Positions 19,151 to 27,989 of a DNA stretch of 64,000 nucleotides are shown in pieces. The stretch's first letter is position 1. The number at the start of each line of letters is the position of its first letter. Both the position numbers and the translations under genes were made by a program. The notes under the pieces were generated by a model. That model ran no database searches and had not been told where the DNA came from. It saw only the letters and a list, made by a program, of their open reading frames with translations. Origin of the DNA: a plasmid; sequence record NZ_CP031419.1; one strand, written 5' to 3'.

Positions 19151-19747
19151 TCAGACCGGCAGGGGGTCGATGCGGTCGGCGGCGTAGTGGTAGAGCCGCC
19201 AGACCGATTTCGAGAGCAGCTCCCGGTCGGCGCAGCACACGGTCGCCAGGGCCGGACGGCCGTCCTTGGTGGTGGGGTAGCGGCCCTGGTCGCCGTTGCG
19301 GTCGTGGCGTTCGAGGTCGCGGACGAAGGCAACGATGTCGCGCTCGGTCTCCCCAGTGCCGAGCAGCGGATCACCGGCCGCGGCGAGGGCGTCGAGGAAT
19401 GCGGTGAGAACGTGGCTCGACCTCAGCGCGGGGATGCCGGAGTAGGCCGGATACAGCGCCTTGAGCGACAACTCGGCGAGCTGACGCGACAGGAAGAACG
19501 CCGGCTGCGCGGCCCCGGCGTCGATGGCGGCTTGGGCGGCCGAGGCGAATTCGAACAGCGTCGTCGAGGGCGCGTTGATCGGATGCTCGCGGGACATGCA
19601 GAGCACGTCGTCTCGGCTGTCGTGGTCGACCGTGGGGTCGCCGAACGGACTGATGTAGGCCACGGACGGGAATTCTGCTCCCCGATCCGGGGCGGGGGAA
19701 GCGGTTTTCGCGGCCCGTGCTGAGGCGGTCCGCGCCGTCTCCGGCAC
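19151..19747 (-). CDS. hypothetical protein
   Basis: 198-aa ORF with protein-like composition. Confidence 0.5.
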   Translation of the reverse strand: MPETARTASARAAKTASPAPDRGAEFPSVAYISPFGDPTVDHDSRDDVLCMSREHPINAPSTTLFEFASAAQAAIDAGAAQPAFFLSRQLAELSLKALYPAYSGIPALRSSHVLTAFLDALAAAGDPLLGTGETERDIVAFVRDLERHDRNGDQGRYPTTKDGRPALATVCCADRELLSKSVWRLYHYAADRIDPLPV

Positions 19748-19760
19748 GCGGCCGTGCTTG

Positions 19761-20075
19761 TCAGAGATCGAACCGGACGGCGAGCACCATCTTGATGAAG
19801 TCGAGCATCTCGGTAGTCACCGTCCCGTCGTAGGTTCCGGCCTCGAGTACCGCTCGCACGCAGGGAATGAACCGGTGTACGGCGAGCACGCGGCCCTCGT
19901 CCCAGCCCACCGAGAAGATTCGCAGGTCTTGCGGCATCTCCCGGGCGTCGACGACCGGCACCGCCAGCGCCACATCACGATGGCGCAGCAACGCCTGGCC
20001 GTCGACGATCACCACGGTCAGATAGCCGTCACCGGCGGCGATGGTGTAGATGTCGCCCTGGTGCAGTTCCCTCAC
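19761..20075 (-). CDS. MazF/PemK-family-like type II toxin
   Basis: 104 aa; 'GDIYTI…', 'VALAVPVV' and C-terminal 'DGTVTTEMLDFIKMVLAV' align with MazF/PemK blocks; 4-nt overlap with upstream antitoxin. Confidence 0.55.
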   Translation of the reverse strand: MRELHQGDIYTIAAGDGYLTVVIVDGQALLRHRDVALAVPVVDAREMPQDLRIFSVGWDEGRVLAVHRFIPCVRAVLEAGTYDGTVTTEMLDFIKMVLAVRFDL

Positions 20076-20281
20076 AGGGACATGCCCATGCCGATGCGCA
20101 GCAAGTCGGCATCGCTGTACTTCGGCGGGTTCTGTTGCTCGTGCGCGGCGATGCGCCGCAACTCCTTGTCCGCGAGCCGCTGGAGCACGGCCCGGTTGAT
20201 CTCGGCACTGACGTTGCCCTCCGCGCTCTCGCGCAGAGCCTGGGCCGTCGCGTCCGGGAGGCTGATGTTCAGTTTCGCCAT
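20072..20281 (-). CDS. ribbon-helix-helix (CopG/ParD-type) antitoxin
   Basis: 69 aa, 'MAKLNISLPDATAQALRE…' typical RHH N-terminus. Confidence 0.55.
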   Translation of the reverse strand: MAKLNISLPDATAQALRESAEGNVSAEINRAVLQRLADKELRRIAAHEQQNPPKYSDADLLRIGMGMSL

Positions 20282-20285
20282 GCCA

Positions 20286-20314
20286 CCACGGTAAAGCGTG
20301 TCGCTTTACCGTGG
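20286..20314. promoter_or_regulatory. 13-bp perfect inverted repeat CCACGGTAAAGCG-TGT-CGCTTTACCGTGG abutting the antitoxin start (candidate TA operator)
   Basis: IR ends 5 nt before the antitoxin ATG and overlaps its RBS. Confidence 0.45.
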
Positions 20315-20333
20315 CAAGCGGGCGGGCCGTCGA

Positions 20334-21038
20334 TCAGAGCGGGAACAGCGACGGTTGGGCGTTGGCATTGCCAGTCCAGGACAAAACGTTGGGGAGGTTC
20401 GCGTCCGGGGCGAAGGTGAGGTAGGTCCCATCGACACTGTCGCAGCCGATCGCAGTCGCGTAGTCATAGCGGCGGCGCGAGTTCACCCGGCCCATATGGA
20501 CCCACTTGCCGAGGCTCGAGGCGACCGCGGCGAGGTTCGCCGCCGCCGGGCCGAGCTTCCAGGCGGTGTCCCCGGCGAGGAACAGACAGTCAATCTCGTC
20601 CCACGGGTCCCAGGTGTCGAACTCCATGAAATTCTGGGCCGCGAAGGCGACGGGAAACCCGAGATCGCGGATGCGCCGCAGCATCGGCAGAGAGCGGGCG
20701 AGCGTGGCGAAGTGGTCGCCGACAACGTCGGGCGCCACCACGAACAGACAGCGGTCGGCGTGCGGGCGCAGCCGGCCGAGCCAGTTCAGGTAGGCGTCGT
20801 CACCGGGATAGGCCCCGCCGAACACCCCGTTGTCGGCACACCACAGCGGGTAGTCAGCGCTCAGGCGGTTGCCTTGAGCGGGAGTCATGATCGCGCCCAG
20901 TTCCTCGGCGCGGATTCGGTCGCGGATCGCGGGTGTGCTGGGTGGGGTGAGGTAGAGCGGAGCGCCAGGAGTGCAGTCGTGCCAGCGCTCGGCCGCCCAG
21001 CTCTCATTAAAACGTTCGTTTTGGTTATCGGCAGGCAT
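20334..21038 (-). CDS. hypothetical protein
   Basis: 234-aa ORF, 'LWCADNGVFGGAYPGDDAYLNWL' core; no family assigned. Confidence 0.55.
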   Translation of the reverse strand: MPADNQNERFNESWAAERWHDCTPGAPLYLTPPSTPAIRDRIRAEELGAIMTPAQGNRLSADYPLWCADNGVFGGAYPGDDAYLNWLGRLRPHADRCLFVVAPDVVGDHFATLARSLPMLRRIRDLGFPVAFAAQNFMEFDTWDPWDEIDCLFLAGDTAWKLGPAAANLAAVASSLGKWVHMGRVNSRRRYDYATAIGCDSVDGTYLTFAPDANLPNVLSWTGNANAQPSLFPL

Positions 21039-21137
21039 GGATGCTTCCCTCCCACTGTGGCGGGGTGCGGTCGGAGACGGGAGAAGAAGGGCGGCGGACG
21101 AAGACCCCGGACCGCCGCCCCGCTCCCGATGGGAGGA

Positions 21138-21785
21138 CTAGAAGGTGAGTGTGAACCGCAGCGCGGCGCGGTACTCCTCGAACTCGACATCGAGGATCTT
21201 GCCGGTGAACTTCTCCCAGTTGCCCACAACGACGAAGTGCCGTTCGGCCAGCTGGCGCGTGGCTTCCTCGGTCGTGTCGACTGGAGTGGCTGGCGGGTCG
21301 AGCGGGACAAAGGTGCCCATCGGGTGGTCCTCGTAGTCGAAGACCTCGACCGTGCCGCCCGGGGACCAGGTCGCGCGCACCGTGATCACGCCCCGGAACT
21401 CGGCCTCCATGGCCCTGACGATTTCGGTCAGCTGATCGGCTGCGGTGAACAGCGCGGTCGCGCGCTCGTGCAGATCCGGGCGGTTACCAGCGAACAAGCG
21501 ATCCATGTACGCGCGGGCGGTATCGGTGTAGGTGTTGACGGTGTCGCCCAGGACAGCGAGCACGCCGTCGCCCTCGGCGCCTCCGTGGAAGTGGCCGACG
21601 GCGGCCGCCGCCGCGAGCGCGCGAACGGTCAGGTCGGCGGCGCAATCGACGAACCCGTCGGCGTCCTGGACCGCCAACTCCTGCGCGACCTCGGTCAGGA
21701 ACCGCACGACCTTGCTGGTCTCGGTCGCGGGCCGGGTGTCCTCGGTGGCGGGGCGCAGCGGGAACGGGTTGCTGATGATCTCCAT
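21138..21785 (-). CDS. hypothetical protein
   Basis: start ATG 21785 (MEIISNPF) with GAAGGGA RBS; preceded by cassette B. Confidence 0.55.
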   Translation of the reverse strand: MEIISNPFPLRPATEDTRPATETSKVVRFLTEVAQELAVQDADGFVDCAADLTVRALAAAAAVGHFHGGAEGDGVLAVLGDTVNTYTDTARAYMDRLFAGNRPDLHERATALFTAADQLTEIVRAMEAEFRGVITVRATWSPGGTVEVFDYEDHPMGTFVPLDPPATPVDTTEEATRQLAERHFVVVGNWEKFTGKILDVEFEEYRAALRFTLTF

Positions 21786-21806
21786 GATCGGGAGTCCCTT
21801 CAAGGT

Positions 21807-21888
21807 GTGCGAGTGGGGGATGAAGGGGCGGGGTGTCCGGTCCCGCCGCCTTCTGTGTCATATATTACCCGTTATCTGGAATGAGTCA
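21807..21888 (-). promoter_or_regulatory. promoter-leader cassette B (-35 TTGACT, 16 nt, -10 TAATAT, stem-loop, CCCCCACTCGCA box)
   Basis: see cassette A. Confidence 0.6.
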
Positions 21889-21922
21889 AGTCTTCCCGCG
21901 TATGTGTGGTGTGTGTCGCCGG

Positions 21923-23197
21923 TCAGGCCGATATTGGGAACAGCGCCAGGTCGGTGCCGGTGGCCTGCGCCCACCAGTCGGCGAATCCTGGCCGTTCCTT
22001 GTCGGCGACGACGGCGGGGGCGACGACGAAGAAGTGCTCCAGCTCGTGCGGGCTCGTGCCGTCCCGGCCGGGGACGACCGCGCGGGCGATGCCGTCGTCC
22101 CCGAGCTCGCGGCGGGTGTCGACGAGCGCCGGGGAGCCGTCGGGCCCGCCGATATCGACCCGCAGCGGAGCGCCGTCGAGCCAGGCGGCCATCTCTTCGC
22201 GAGAACCGACGTCGACCGACCGCACCGATCGCGCGACCATCTTGGCCCCGCCGGTTTGGGTGCGCCGGGCGAGGCGGCGGACCTCGTAGAGGGCGTGAGG
22301 TTGTTCGGCGAGCGCACTCTCGAAGGCGGCCAGGACGCCGGTGAGTCCGGCCGCGCGCACGTAGTCGATGGCGCGCTTGCCGCCGACGAGGCCCTGTTTG
22401 GCGTTGAGCGCGAGTGCGGTGTGCTCCATCAGCAGCATCCGCGCCCCGGCGTCTGGGAACGCCGCGTAGCGCGCCAGGGTGGCGACTCGATTGGCAGCGG
22501 TGACCAGCGCGAAGGGACAGAACACGCACGCCGACTTCTGCCATGCTCGGCCGGTCTTCTCCCGGATGTAGGCCAGCACCTGTTCCCGGTCCCAGCCCCA
22601 GGAGATCAGTGGGTACTCACCACGCCGCAGCGCGGTGTCGTATCCGGCGTCGCGGCGGGCCCGCGTCAGCTCGCCTGCCTCGAATCCGACGACGTGCCGG
22701 TACGGCCGTCCGTGTGTAATCGCGGCGATCACCGGGTCGAGCACTTCGCCCTTGGCCGACATGCTGCACCGACGACTGCCACCGACCTGCGGCTGAGTGC
22801 CGGCCGTGAGCATCTCGGTGCCGAGGGTGTAGGCGCCCTCGATATAGAGGCGGTGCGGCGATCGGGAGTCGTCGAAGACGATGACGCCGGTGCCATCAGC
22901 GCGCACCCGGCGGTCGGCCCGCCCGACCTGGATGAACCGAATCCGGTGCTGGGCCAGTAGCGGGAGCACGACCTCGGCCACGTCCCGTGCGGTGTCTTCC
23001 CATTCGTCGCCCACCATGGCGGTGACGACGGCCAGCTCCGCCAGGTCGAAGTCGCGGCTGTCGGGGTCGAAGATCCAGCGCAGCAGCAGGGCGGTGCTGT
23101 CGGCCCCAAGTCCATAGGACAGCACGACTCGGGGCGCGGGTTCGTGCGCGGCGAGCTGCTCCCGCAGTGCCGCGGGCACAGCGGGCCCGGTCACCGG
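21923..23197 (-). CDS. PAPS-reductase-like (PP-loop ATP-pyrophosphatase fold; DndC/IbrA-like) protein
   Basis: 'VVLSYGLGADSTALLLRW' PP-loop-like motif; GTG start 23197; upstream part of the track ORF is low-complexity. Confidence 0.55.
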   Translation of the reverse strand, partial: PVTGPAVPAALREQLAAHEPAPRVVLSYGLGADSTALLLRWIFDPDSRDFDLAELAVVTAMVGDEWEDTARDVAEVVLPLLAQHRIRFIQVGRADRRVRADGTGVIVFDDSRSPHRLYIEGAYTLGTEMLTAGTQPQVGGSRRCSMSAKGEVLDPVIAAITHGRPYRHVVGFEAGELTRARRDAGYDTALRRGEYPLISWGWDREQVLAYIREKTGRAWQKSACVFCPFALVTAANRVATLARYAAFPDAGARMLLMEHTALALNAKQGLVGGKRAIDYVRAAGLTGVLAAFESALAEQPHALYEVRRLARRTQTGGAKMVARSVRSVDVGSREEMAAWLDGAPLRVDIGGPDGSPALVDTRRELGDDGIARAVVPGRDGTSPHELEHFFVVAPAVVADKERPGFADWWAQATGTDLALFPISA

Positions 23198-23502
23198 TTC
23201 GCCCGATCGCGGACGCGCAGGGCCACCCCGCCCGAGCCCGGCGGGCAGGTGCAGCCCGCCGCGTGCAGCTCGTCGGTGATGCGCCGCCAGGCGCGGTAGT
23301 GCCGTAGTCCGCCCTCGACGGCCACCGCACCGGCGAGGAACATCAGGCTGGAGATGATCGCGGGGAACTCCGACGACACTGCGCCGAGGGCGTACATCGA
23401 GCCCCCGGTCAGCCAGCCGGTGGCCACAACGGCGTGTGCCTGGGCGAGCCAACTCTGGTCGTGCTGTTCGTCATGACGTCGGTCGTGCTGGAAGTTGTTC
23501 AC
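23191..23502 (-). CDS. small membrane protein
   Basis: GTG 23502 with GGAGGAG RBS 7 nt upstream; 'MYALGAVSSEFPAIISSLMFLAGAVAV' TM segment; leader box copy E (23522-23534) just upstream. Confidence 0.5.
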   Translation of the reverse strand: MNNFQHDRRHDEQHDQSWLAQAHAVVATGWLTGGSMYALGAVSSEFPAIISSLMFLAGAVAVEGGLRHYRAWRRITDELHAAGCTCPPGSGGVALRVRDRANR

Positions 23503-23521
23503 GGGAAAACTCCTCCGGGAA

Positions 23522-23534
23522 TGCGCGAGTGGGG
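23522..23534 (-). promoter_or_regulatory. leader box copy E (TGCGCGAGTGGGG)
   Basis: immediately 5' of RBS of 23191..23502. Confidence 0.4.
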
Positions 23535-23549
23535 ATGGGCGGATGGCGG

Positions 23550-24167
23550 TCAGCGCGCCGTGTCCGGTTCGGCGTCGGTGCCGCCCGCGACGAGAGAGCG
23601 CGGGCGAAAGTCGCGCGCGAACCGGTCGGTGAGCTGCGCCAGCAGCGCGAGCAATTGGTCGCGGGGAACGTCGACCGACTGGAAGGACCCGCCGAAGCGC
23701 ACCGCGTCGGCGTCCGGGGCGATGGTGAGCCGTTCCCGGCCGTCGCCGAGGTCGGTGACCTCGAGCCGGTCGCCGTCGGCGTCTTCGAAGACGGTGTGCG
23801 GCATGACGCGGATGCTGTCGGGCAGGCCCGCCGGGCGGACGCCGTGGCGCAGCAGGGCGACGGTCTCGGGCGTCAGCGCGCTCGCGGTGCGCAGCCGGAG
23901 TTCGAGTTCGCCGTCGTCGCTGTAGGCGATCAGCCGCCCGTCGAGGTCGTAGAAGTCGAGCCAGAGCCCGAACTCGTCGGCGCGGTCGGTGGCCGCGCCG
24001 ACGGCCAGCCCGTTGGCCAGCAGCCCGCGAATGATCCAGCCGGTCGGCCCGAGCGGGGTCACCTGGGCGGAGTCGACGCTGTAGCGGTCGATGAGGTCGA
24101 GCTCGTCGCGGAACGGGGTGTCCAGCACCGAGGACCACGCCCGCGCGTCCTGGTCTTTGCGCGACAT
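23550..24167 (-). CDS. hypothetical protein
   Basis: ATG 24167 overlapping stop of upstream gene by 1 nt; 205 aa. Confidence 0.5.
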   Translation of the reverse strand: MSRKDQDARAWSSVLDTPFRDELDLIDRYSVDSAQVTPLGPTGWIIRGLLANGLAVGAATDRADEFGLWLDFYDLDGRLIAYSDDGELELRLRTASALTPETVALLRHGVRPAGLPDSIRVMPHTVFEDADGDRLEVTDLGDGRERLTIAPDADAVRFGGSFQSVDVPRDQLLALLAQLTDRFARDFRPRSLVAGGTDAEPDTAR

Positions 24168-24826
24168 CACGCCCGCCCCTCGTCGGTCAGCGAGGCCCAC
24201 CAGCCGTCGACGAGGCCGTGCGCTGTCCAGTCCGCGAGCTGGGCGTGCGCGCAATCGCGGTGTGCGACCACCGCCGCGGCGCGCTCGATCGGGTAGCAGT
24301 GCGAATGCGTCGAGCAGCCCTGAGTCCAACCGGGTACGTCCTCGTCGAGCACGATGACGTTCGTAGGGACCAAGCCGTCGGAGGTGAGCGGGCCGAGCAG
24401 AGTGGCTTCCCGGTCCGGGTCGCCGAGCGCGGCGGCGGGCAGCATCGCGAAATCCCAGCGCCGGGAAGAGGACAGGACTGCGACGCGGACCGGATCGTGC
24501 AGCAGCGCGGCGGCGGCCTGCACGGCGGCCACGGCGGTGTAGCCGTAGCAGAAGATCTCGAGCGGGGTGCCGTCGAGACGGGAGTAGACCGAGGCGCACC
24601 ACTCGGTGCTAGCGGCGATTTCGTCCGCGCCGAGCGCCAGGCCGTCGCCGTTGCACACGAGCATCTCCAGCGGGATGCCCCGGACTTCGCCGACGGGAAT
24701 GTAGATGTTCACGTGGCCGACGACGCGGACCTGCGCGTCGTAACCGAGTTCGGTCAGCGCGGTCAACTCAGGTGCGTAGCGCACCTGTGCCTCGGCGACG
24801 AGAGCGTCGAATTTGGTGGAGGGCAT
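24167..24826 (-). CDS. hypothetical protein
   Basis: 219-aa ORF preceded by leader copy C. Confidence 0.5.
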   Translation of the reverse strand: MPSTKFDALVAEAQVRYAPELTALTELGYDAQVRVVGHVNIYIPVGEVRGIPLEMLVCNGDGLALGADEIAASTEWCASVYSRLDGTPLEIFCYGYTAVAAVQAAAALLHDPVRVAVLSSSRRWDFAMLPAAALGDPDREATLLGPLTSDGLVPTNVIVLDEDVPGWTQGCSTHSHCYPIERAAAVVAHRDCAHAQLADWTAHGLVDGWWASLTDEGRA

Positions 24827-24849
24827 TGCCCTGCTCCCTTCGGGGGATT

Positions 24850-24895
24850 TGCGAGTGGGGATCGAAGGGGGCGGGGTGTCCGGTCCCGCCCGGCT
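24850..24895 (-). promoter_or_regulatory. leader copy C (TGCGAGTGGGG + stem-loop GGGGGCGGGGTGTCCGGTCCCGCCC; no -10/-35)
   Basis: sequence identity with cassettes A/B/D leader. Confidence 0.5.
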
Positions 24896-24915
24896 TCGGT
24901 GTTGCTCAGGTGGTG

Positions 24916-25572
24916 TCAGTGGCGCTCGCGCGGTTCTGCGGTGGCGAGCAGTTCGAGCAGGGCTTCGATGTCGCTAGAGCCCGCGAGGCGGGCGGCGAGG
25001 GGTGTCCGCATGCGGGTGATTACGGCGTGCAGCGTGCCGCGCGGACCATCGGACACTGGATGCCGGTCGCCGGTGCGCGGGTCCACGAGCTCGCCGGTGA
25101 CCTGGATGTCGATCAACGGGTTCCGGCGGAACACCAGGAAGCAGCGCGTGGTGACGTAGTCGAATTCGATGTCGGCTCCGAACGCAAGGGCCGGTTCGGG
25201 GGCGTCGCGGACGATGACCTCGAAGTAGCGGTAGCCAGAGAAGATCGCGGTGAACGGTGCGGTGCACACGGTGACGCTGAGCCATTGCCGGGTGCCCGCG
25301 TGCCAGGCGGTGTAGGGGCCGGTGCGGGTGAGATCGGTCAGGGTCTCCACGAACGCCGCGTGACGCGCCTCGTAGTCCGGCGTCCGCCACCATGCGCGGC
25401 TGTCGCCCCGATGGAACCGGGCGATACAGAACAACACGGTCCCGCTGACGAGCAAGCCCGCGACGTCGAGCCAAGCGCGCCGTTGCACCGCCGTGTACAG
25501 GCTGGAGCCGATCGCGGCGGCCGCCACGAACATGGTCAGGGGGAACAGCTTGTTGAGAATCTTGCGGATCAC
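24916..25572 (-). CDS. membrane protein (two N-terminal TM helices)
   Basis: 'LTMFVAAAAIGSSLYTAV…LLVSGTVLFCIARF'; GTG 25572 (GAAAGG RBS) or internal ATG. Confidence 0.45.
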   Translation of the reverse strand: MIRKILNKLFPLTMFVAAAAIGSSLYTAVQRRAWLDVAGLLVSGTVLFCIARFHRGDSRAWWRTPDYEARHAAFVETLTDLTRTGPYTAWHAGTRQWLSVTVCTAPFTAIFSGYRYFEVIVRDAPEPALAFGADIEFDYVTTRCFLVFRRNPLIDIQVTGELVDPRTGDRHPVSDGPRGTLHAVITRMRTPLAARLAGSSDIEALLELLATAEPRERH

Positions 25573-25622
25573 GATCGAAACCTTTCGTCGATAGGAAAAG
25601 GAGGGAGGGAGCCGGGCGCGGC

Positions 25623-26006
25623 TCAGCCGTTGACCCACTCGATCGGCACTTCCACGCCCCAGAAGCGGCGGTGGAGCAGCCGCCGGGCGTTCTCGGCGTC
25701 GGTCAGCCGTCCGTCGCGGCGGCGGAAGTGGACGATCGGGCAGCCCTCGATCGAGGGCCAGAAGGTGCCGTCGGCGTGCCGGATTCCGGACTGGATCAGG
25801 GCGTACGCCTCGCGGCCGGAGCCACCCGAGTTGCACGCGGTCACCCGGACGACGGGCACCCCGGCGGCGATCCGCGCGTCGCGCTCGGCGACGGCCTCGG
25901 CGGTGTCGAAGTACTCGGGGTCGTGATTAGAGGCGTAGAGAGCGGCGCGGATCTGCTCGGCGGTGCACTGCACGTTCAGCTGTCCGGCCGCGGCGGTGGA
26001 GGGCAT
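25623..26006 (-). CDS. hypothetical protein
   Basis: ATG 26006 with AAGGAG RBS; leader copy F upstream. Confidence 0.5.
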   Translation of the reverse strand: MPSTAAAGQLNVQCTAEQIRAALYASNHDPEYFDTAEAVAERDARIAAGVPVVRVTACNSGGSGREAYALIQSGIRHADGTFWPSIEGCPIVHFRRRDGRLTDAENARRLLHRRFWGVEVPIEWVNG

Positions 26007-26023
26007 GAGGTGCTCCTTCGGCG

Positions 26024-26068
26024 ATGGCGAGTGGGGGAGCGACGGGCGGAAGTGTCCGGTTTCCGCCC
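26024..26068 (-). promoter_or_regulatory. leader copy F (GGCGAGTGGGGG + stem GGGCGGAA-GTGTCCGGT-TTCCGCCC)
   Basis: same loop GTGTCCGGT as other copies. Confidence 0.5.
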
Positions 26069-26092
26069 CGTCGCTTCGGGTGACGGAAAGGG

Positions 26093-26503
26093 TCAGAAGG
26101 GTGCTTCGTCGTCGCCCCACGGGGCGCTTGAGTCACCGCGCCCGTCGGCGGGCTCGTCGTCCTCGTCGTCGGGGTTCCAGTCGTCGGGGACGCCGTCGGC
26201 CCACACCACTGCCTTGGCGTTGTGGTCCCAGGTGACGTTGGCGAGGGCCTGCACGTTCTCCAGCGAGGCGTCGTCTTCGACGCGAACGCCCGCCGGGATG
26301 TGCCACAGGTCGCCCCGGAAGTCCCAGGCCGACCCGCTGCGCTGGGCCGAGGAGCTGACTTCCTCGGCCGCCCAGGCGCGGGCGTCGGCCTCGGTGACGA
26401 ATTCCTTCTCGTCGAGGGAGCGTCGCTCGGACGCGGGCGGGACGTCGGAGAAGACGACGTAGAAGCGATCGTGGTCCGCGACCACTGCTGCCAGAGGACT
26501 CAT
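26093..26503 (-). CDS. hypothetical acidic protein
   Basis: 136 aa, D/E-rich C-terminus; preceded by cassette D. Confidence 0.5.
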   Translation of the reverse strand: MSPLAAVVADHDRFYVVFSDVPPASERRSLDEKEFVTEADARAWAAEEVSSSAQRSGSAWDFRGDLWHIPAGVRVEDDASLENVQALANVTWDHNAKAVVWADGVPDDWNPDDEDDEPADGRGDSSAPWGDDEAPF

Positions 26504-26523
26504 GGGAATGCCCTTTCGTAGGG

Positions 26524-26606
26524 TGCGAGTGGGGTCGAAGAAGGCGGGGTGTCCGGTCCCGCTTCCTTCTATGTCATATATTACCCGATATATCGGCGAA
26601 GGCCAA
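26524..26606 (-). promoter_or_regulatory. promoter-leader cassette D (-35 TTGGCC, 17 nt, -10 TAATAT, stem-loop, CCCCACTCGCA box)
   Basis: see cassette A. Confidence 0.6.
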
Positions 26607-26663
26607 GCACTTTCCGATGGGTGAGTCGGATTGGTTCCCGCCCGATCGGTCTCGGGCGGGAAG

Positions 26664-27128
26664 TCAGTCGGTGCTGTAGGAGTGCCGGTGCCGGGCCGGG
26701 GCGCATTGCCGACGGCGCAGCACGGCGAGCCGTCGCGTGTCCTGCGATCGGGCGGGGCTCGATGGGCGCGCCGCCGGGCATCCCTCCGGTTCGCCGAGCG
26801 GTGCGGTGGCAGACAGAACAGCGAGGGCCGCCTCCCAGCGATCGGCCCGGTCCGCCGCCCGCAGCTGCACCGCCAGAACGGTCAGGCTCGCCGCGCCGAC
26901 ACCGACGGCGACCACGGCGAGCGGCGCGGACAACGGCATGGTCGCCACCGCCCACAGGAACGACAGCGCCGCGAGGCAGCCGTGCGCCGCCGACAGCGTG
27001 GTCGCGCCGGGTCGCTCGCCGGTGGCGGGGAACCGTTGCGCGTCTCGGCGGTAGGAGAGCGCGAGCGCGGCGAACACGACACCCGGCCCGCCGAGGAGCA
27101 GGGCCGGGACGGCGTACGAGGCGGACAC
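26664..27128 (-). CDS. putative membrane protein
   Basis: hydrophobic segments; weak start (GTG); region has several overlapping GC-rich ORFs. Confidence 0.35.
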   Translation of the reverse strand: MSASYAVPALLLGGPGVVFAALALSYRRDAQRFPATGERPGATTLSAAHGCLAALSFLWAVATMPLSAPLAVVAVGVGAASLTVLAVQLRAADRADRWEAALAVLSATAPLGEPEGCPAARPSSPARSQDTRRLAVLRRRQCAPARHRHSYSTD

Positions 27129-27133
27129 AGCCG

Positions 27134-27670
27134 TCAGCTCCGCACCCGTGCGGCGGCTGGCGCGCCCGCGTCGGCGGCAGCGACCCGAACCGGATCGGCA
27201 GCGGCGGACGGACCGCCGGAACCGGCTGGAGCCGGATCGGGTTGTGGGACGGCGGCGGACGGGGTGACCGGCGTGCCCGGGGAGGTCGACTCAAGTTCGG
27301 AGTCCTCCGCCGGCGGCGGAGTCAGCGGCGCTTCGGCCGCAGCGGTCGACGCACGTGAGGGGCGAGGCCGAGGCTTGGCCTTCGCCCGCTTCGCCACAGC
27401 ACGGATAGCGTCGGTGGGCTTGAGTCCGATCCGTTCCAGCGCGGCCGCCTCGGCTCCGGCATTGGTGGCCGCCTCGTAGGCAGCCACCACGGCATCCTCG
27501 GCAGCTTCCTCATCGGCGATCAACCGCGCTGTCTCGGCCCGGCGCGTCTCGGACGCCTGCTGCCATTCCCCGACCTTCACCGCGAGTTCGCCGATGCGCG
27601 TCTCCATATCGTCGTCGATGACCGCCCGCCGGTACGCGGACAGAGCATCGGTCGCCATCTTCTTCGCCAT
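27134..27670 (-). CDS. hypothetical protein (coiled-coil N-terminus, Pro/Ala-rich tail)
   Basis: 178-aa ORF; upstream region carries two TGTATCTA copies. Confidence 0.5.
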   Translation of the reverse strand: MAKKMATDALSAYRRAVIDDDMETRIGELAVKVGEWQQASETRRAETARLIADEEAAEDAVVAAYEAATNAGAEAAALERIGLKPTDAIRAVAKRAKAKPRPRPSRASTAAAEAPLTPPPAEDSELESTSPGTPVTPSAAVPQPDPAPAGSGGPSAAADPVRVAAADAGAPAAARVRS

Positions 27671-27717
27671 GGGAAACCTCTCGTCGCTCAGCGCTCACTA
27701 ATGGAGCGATCGAACCT

Positions 27718-27738
27718 AGTGTATCTAATGTATCTACA
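27718..27738 (-). promoter_or_regulatory. tandem TGTATCTAATGTATCTACA motif (copy 4)
   Basis: two overlapping motif units upstream of 27134..27670. Confidence 0.5.
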
Positions 27739-27989
27739 GAACGGAGGTGGTCAACCATGCGAACGGGAGTCGGGTGAGTGCGCGCCTTGCTCGCCGGGTG
27801 TCCCGTTCGTTCAGTCTGCGCACCGGGGCGGGCTGGGGTCGGGCGCCCGCAGCCTCGATCCAGCCCCCCTCGTTCACGGCACCGGCCTCGTCGCGTATCG
27901 CGCCCGCCCAGCGAACGAAAGCGTTTTCCACGTGGAGCTCACCGTGAGCCGCAGCGTGGCTGACCAGCCTTTTCCGGTGAGCAAGATAT

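Noticed and set aside
20298-21884. 528-aa plus-strand ORF
   Set aside because: Antisense to minus-strand genes preceded by clear promoter cassettes and RBSs
26549-27479. Overlapping plus-strand ORFs 26549..27358 and 26631..27479
   Set aside because: Arg/Gly-rich composition; antisense to minus-strand genes that follow cassette D
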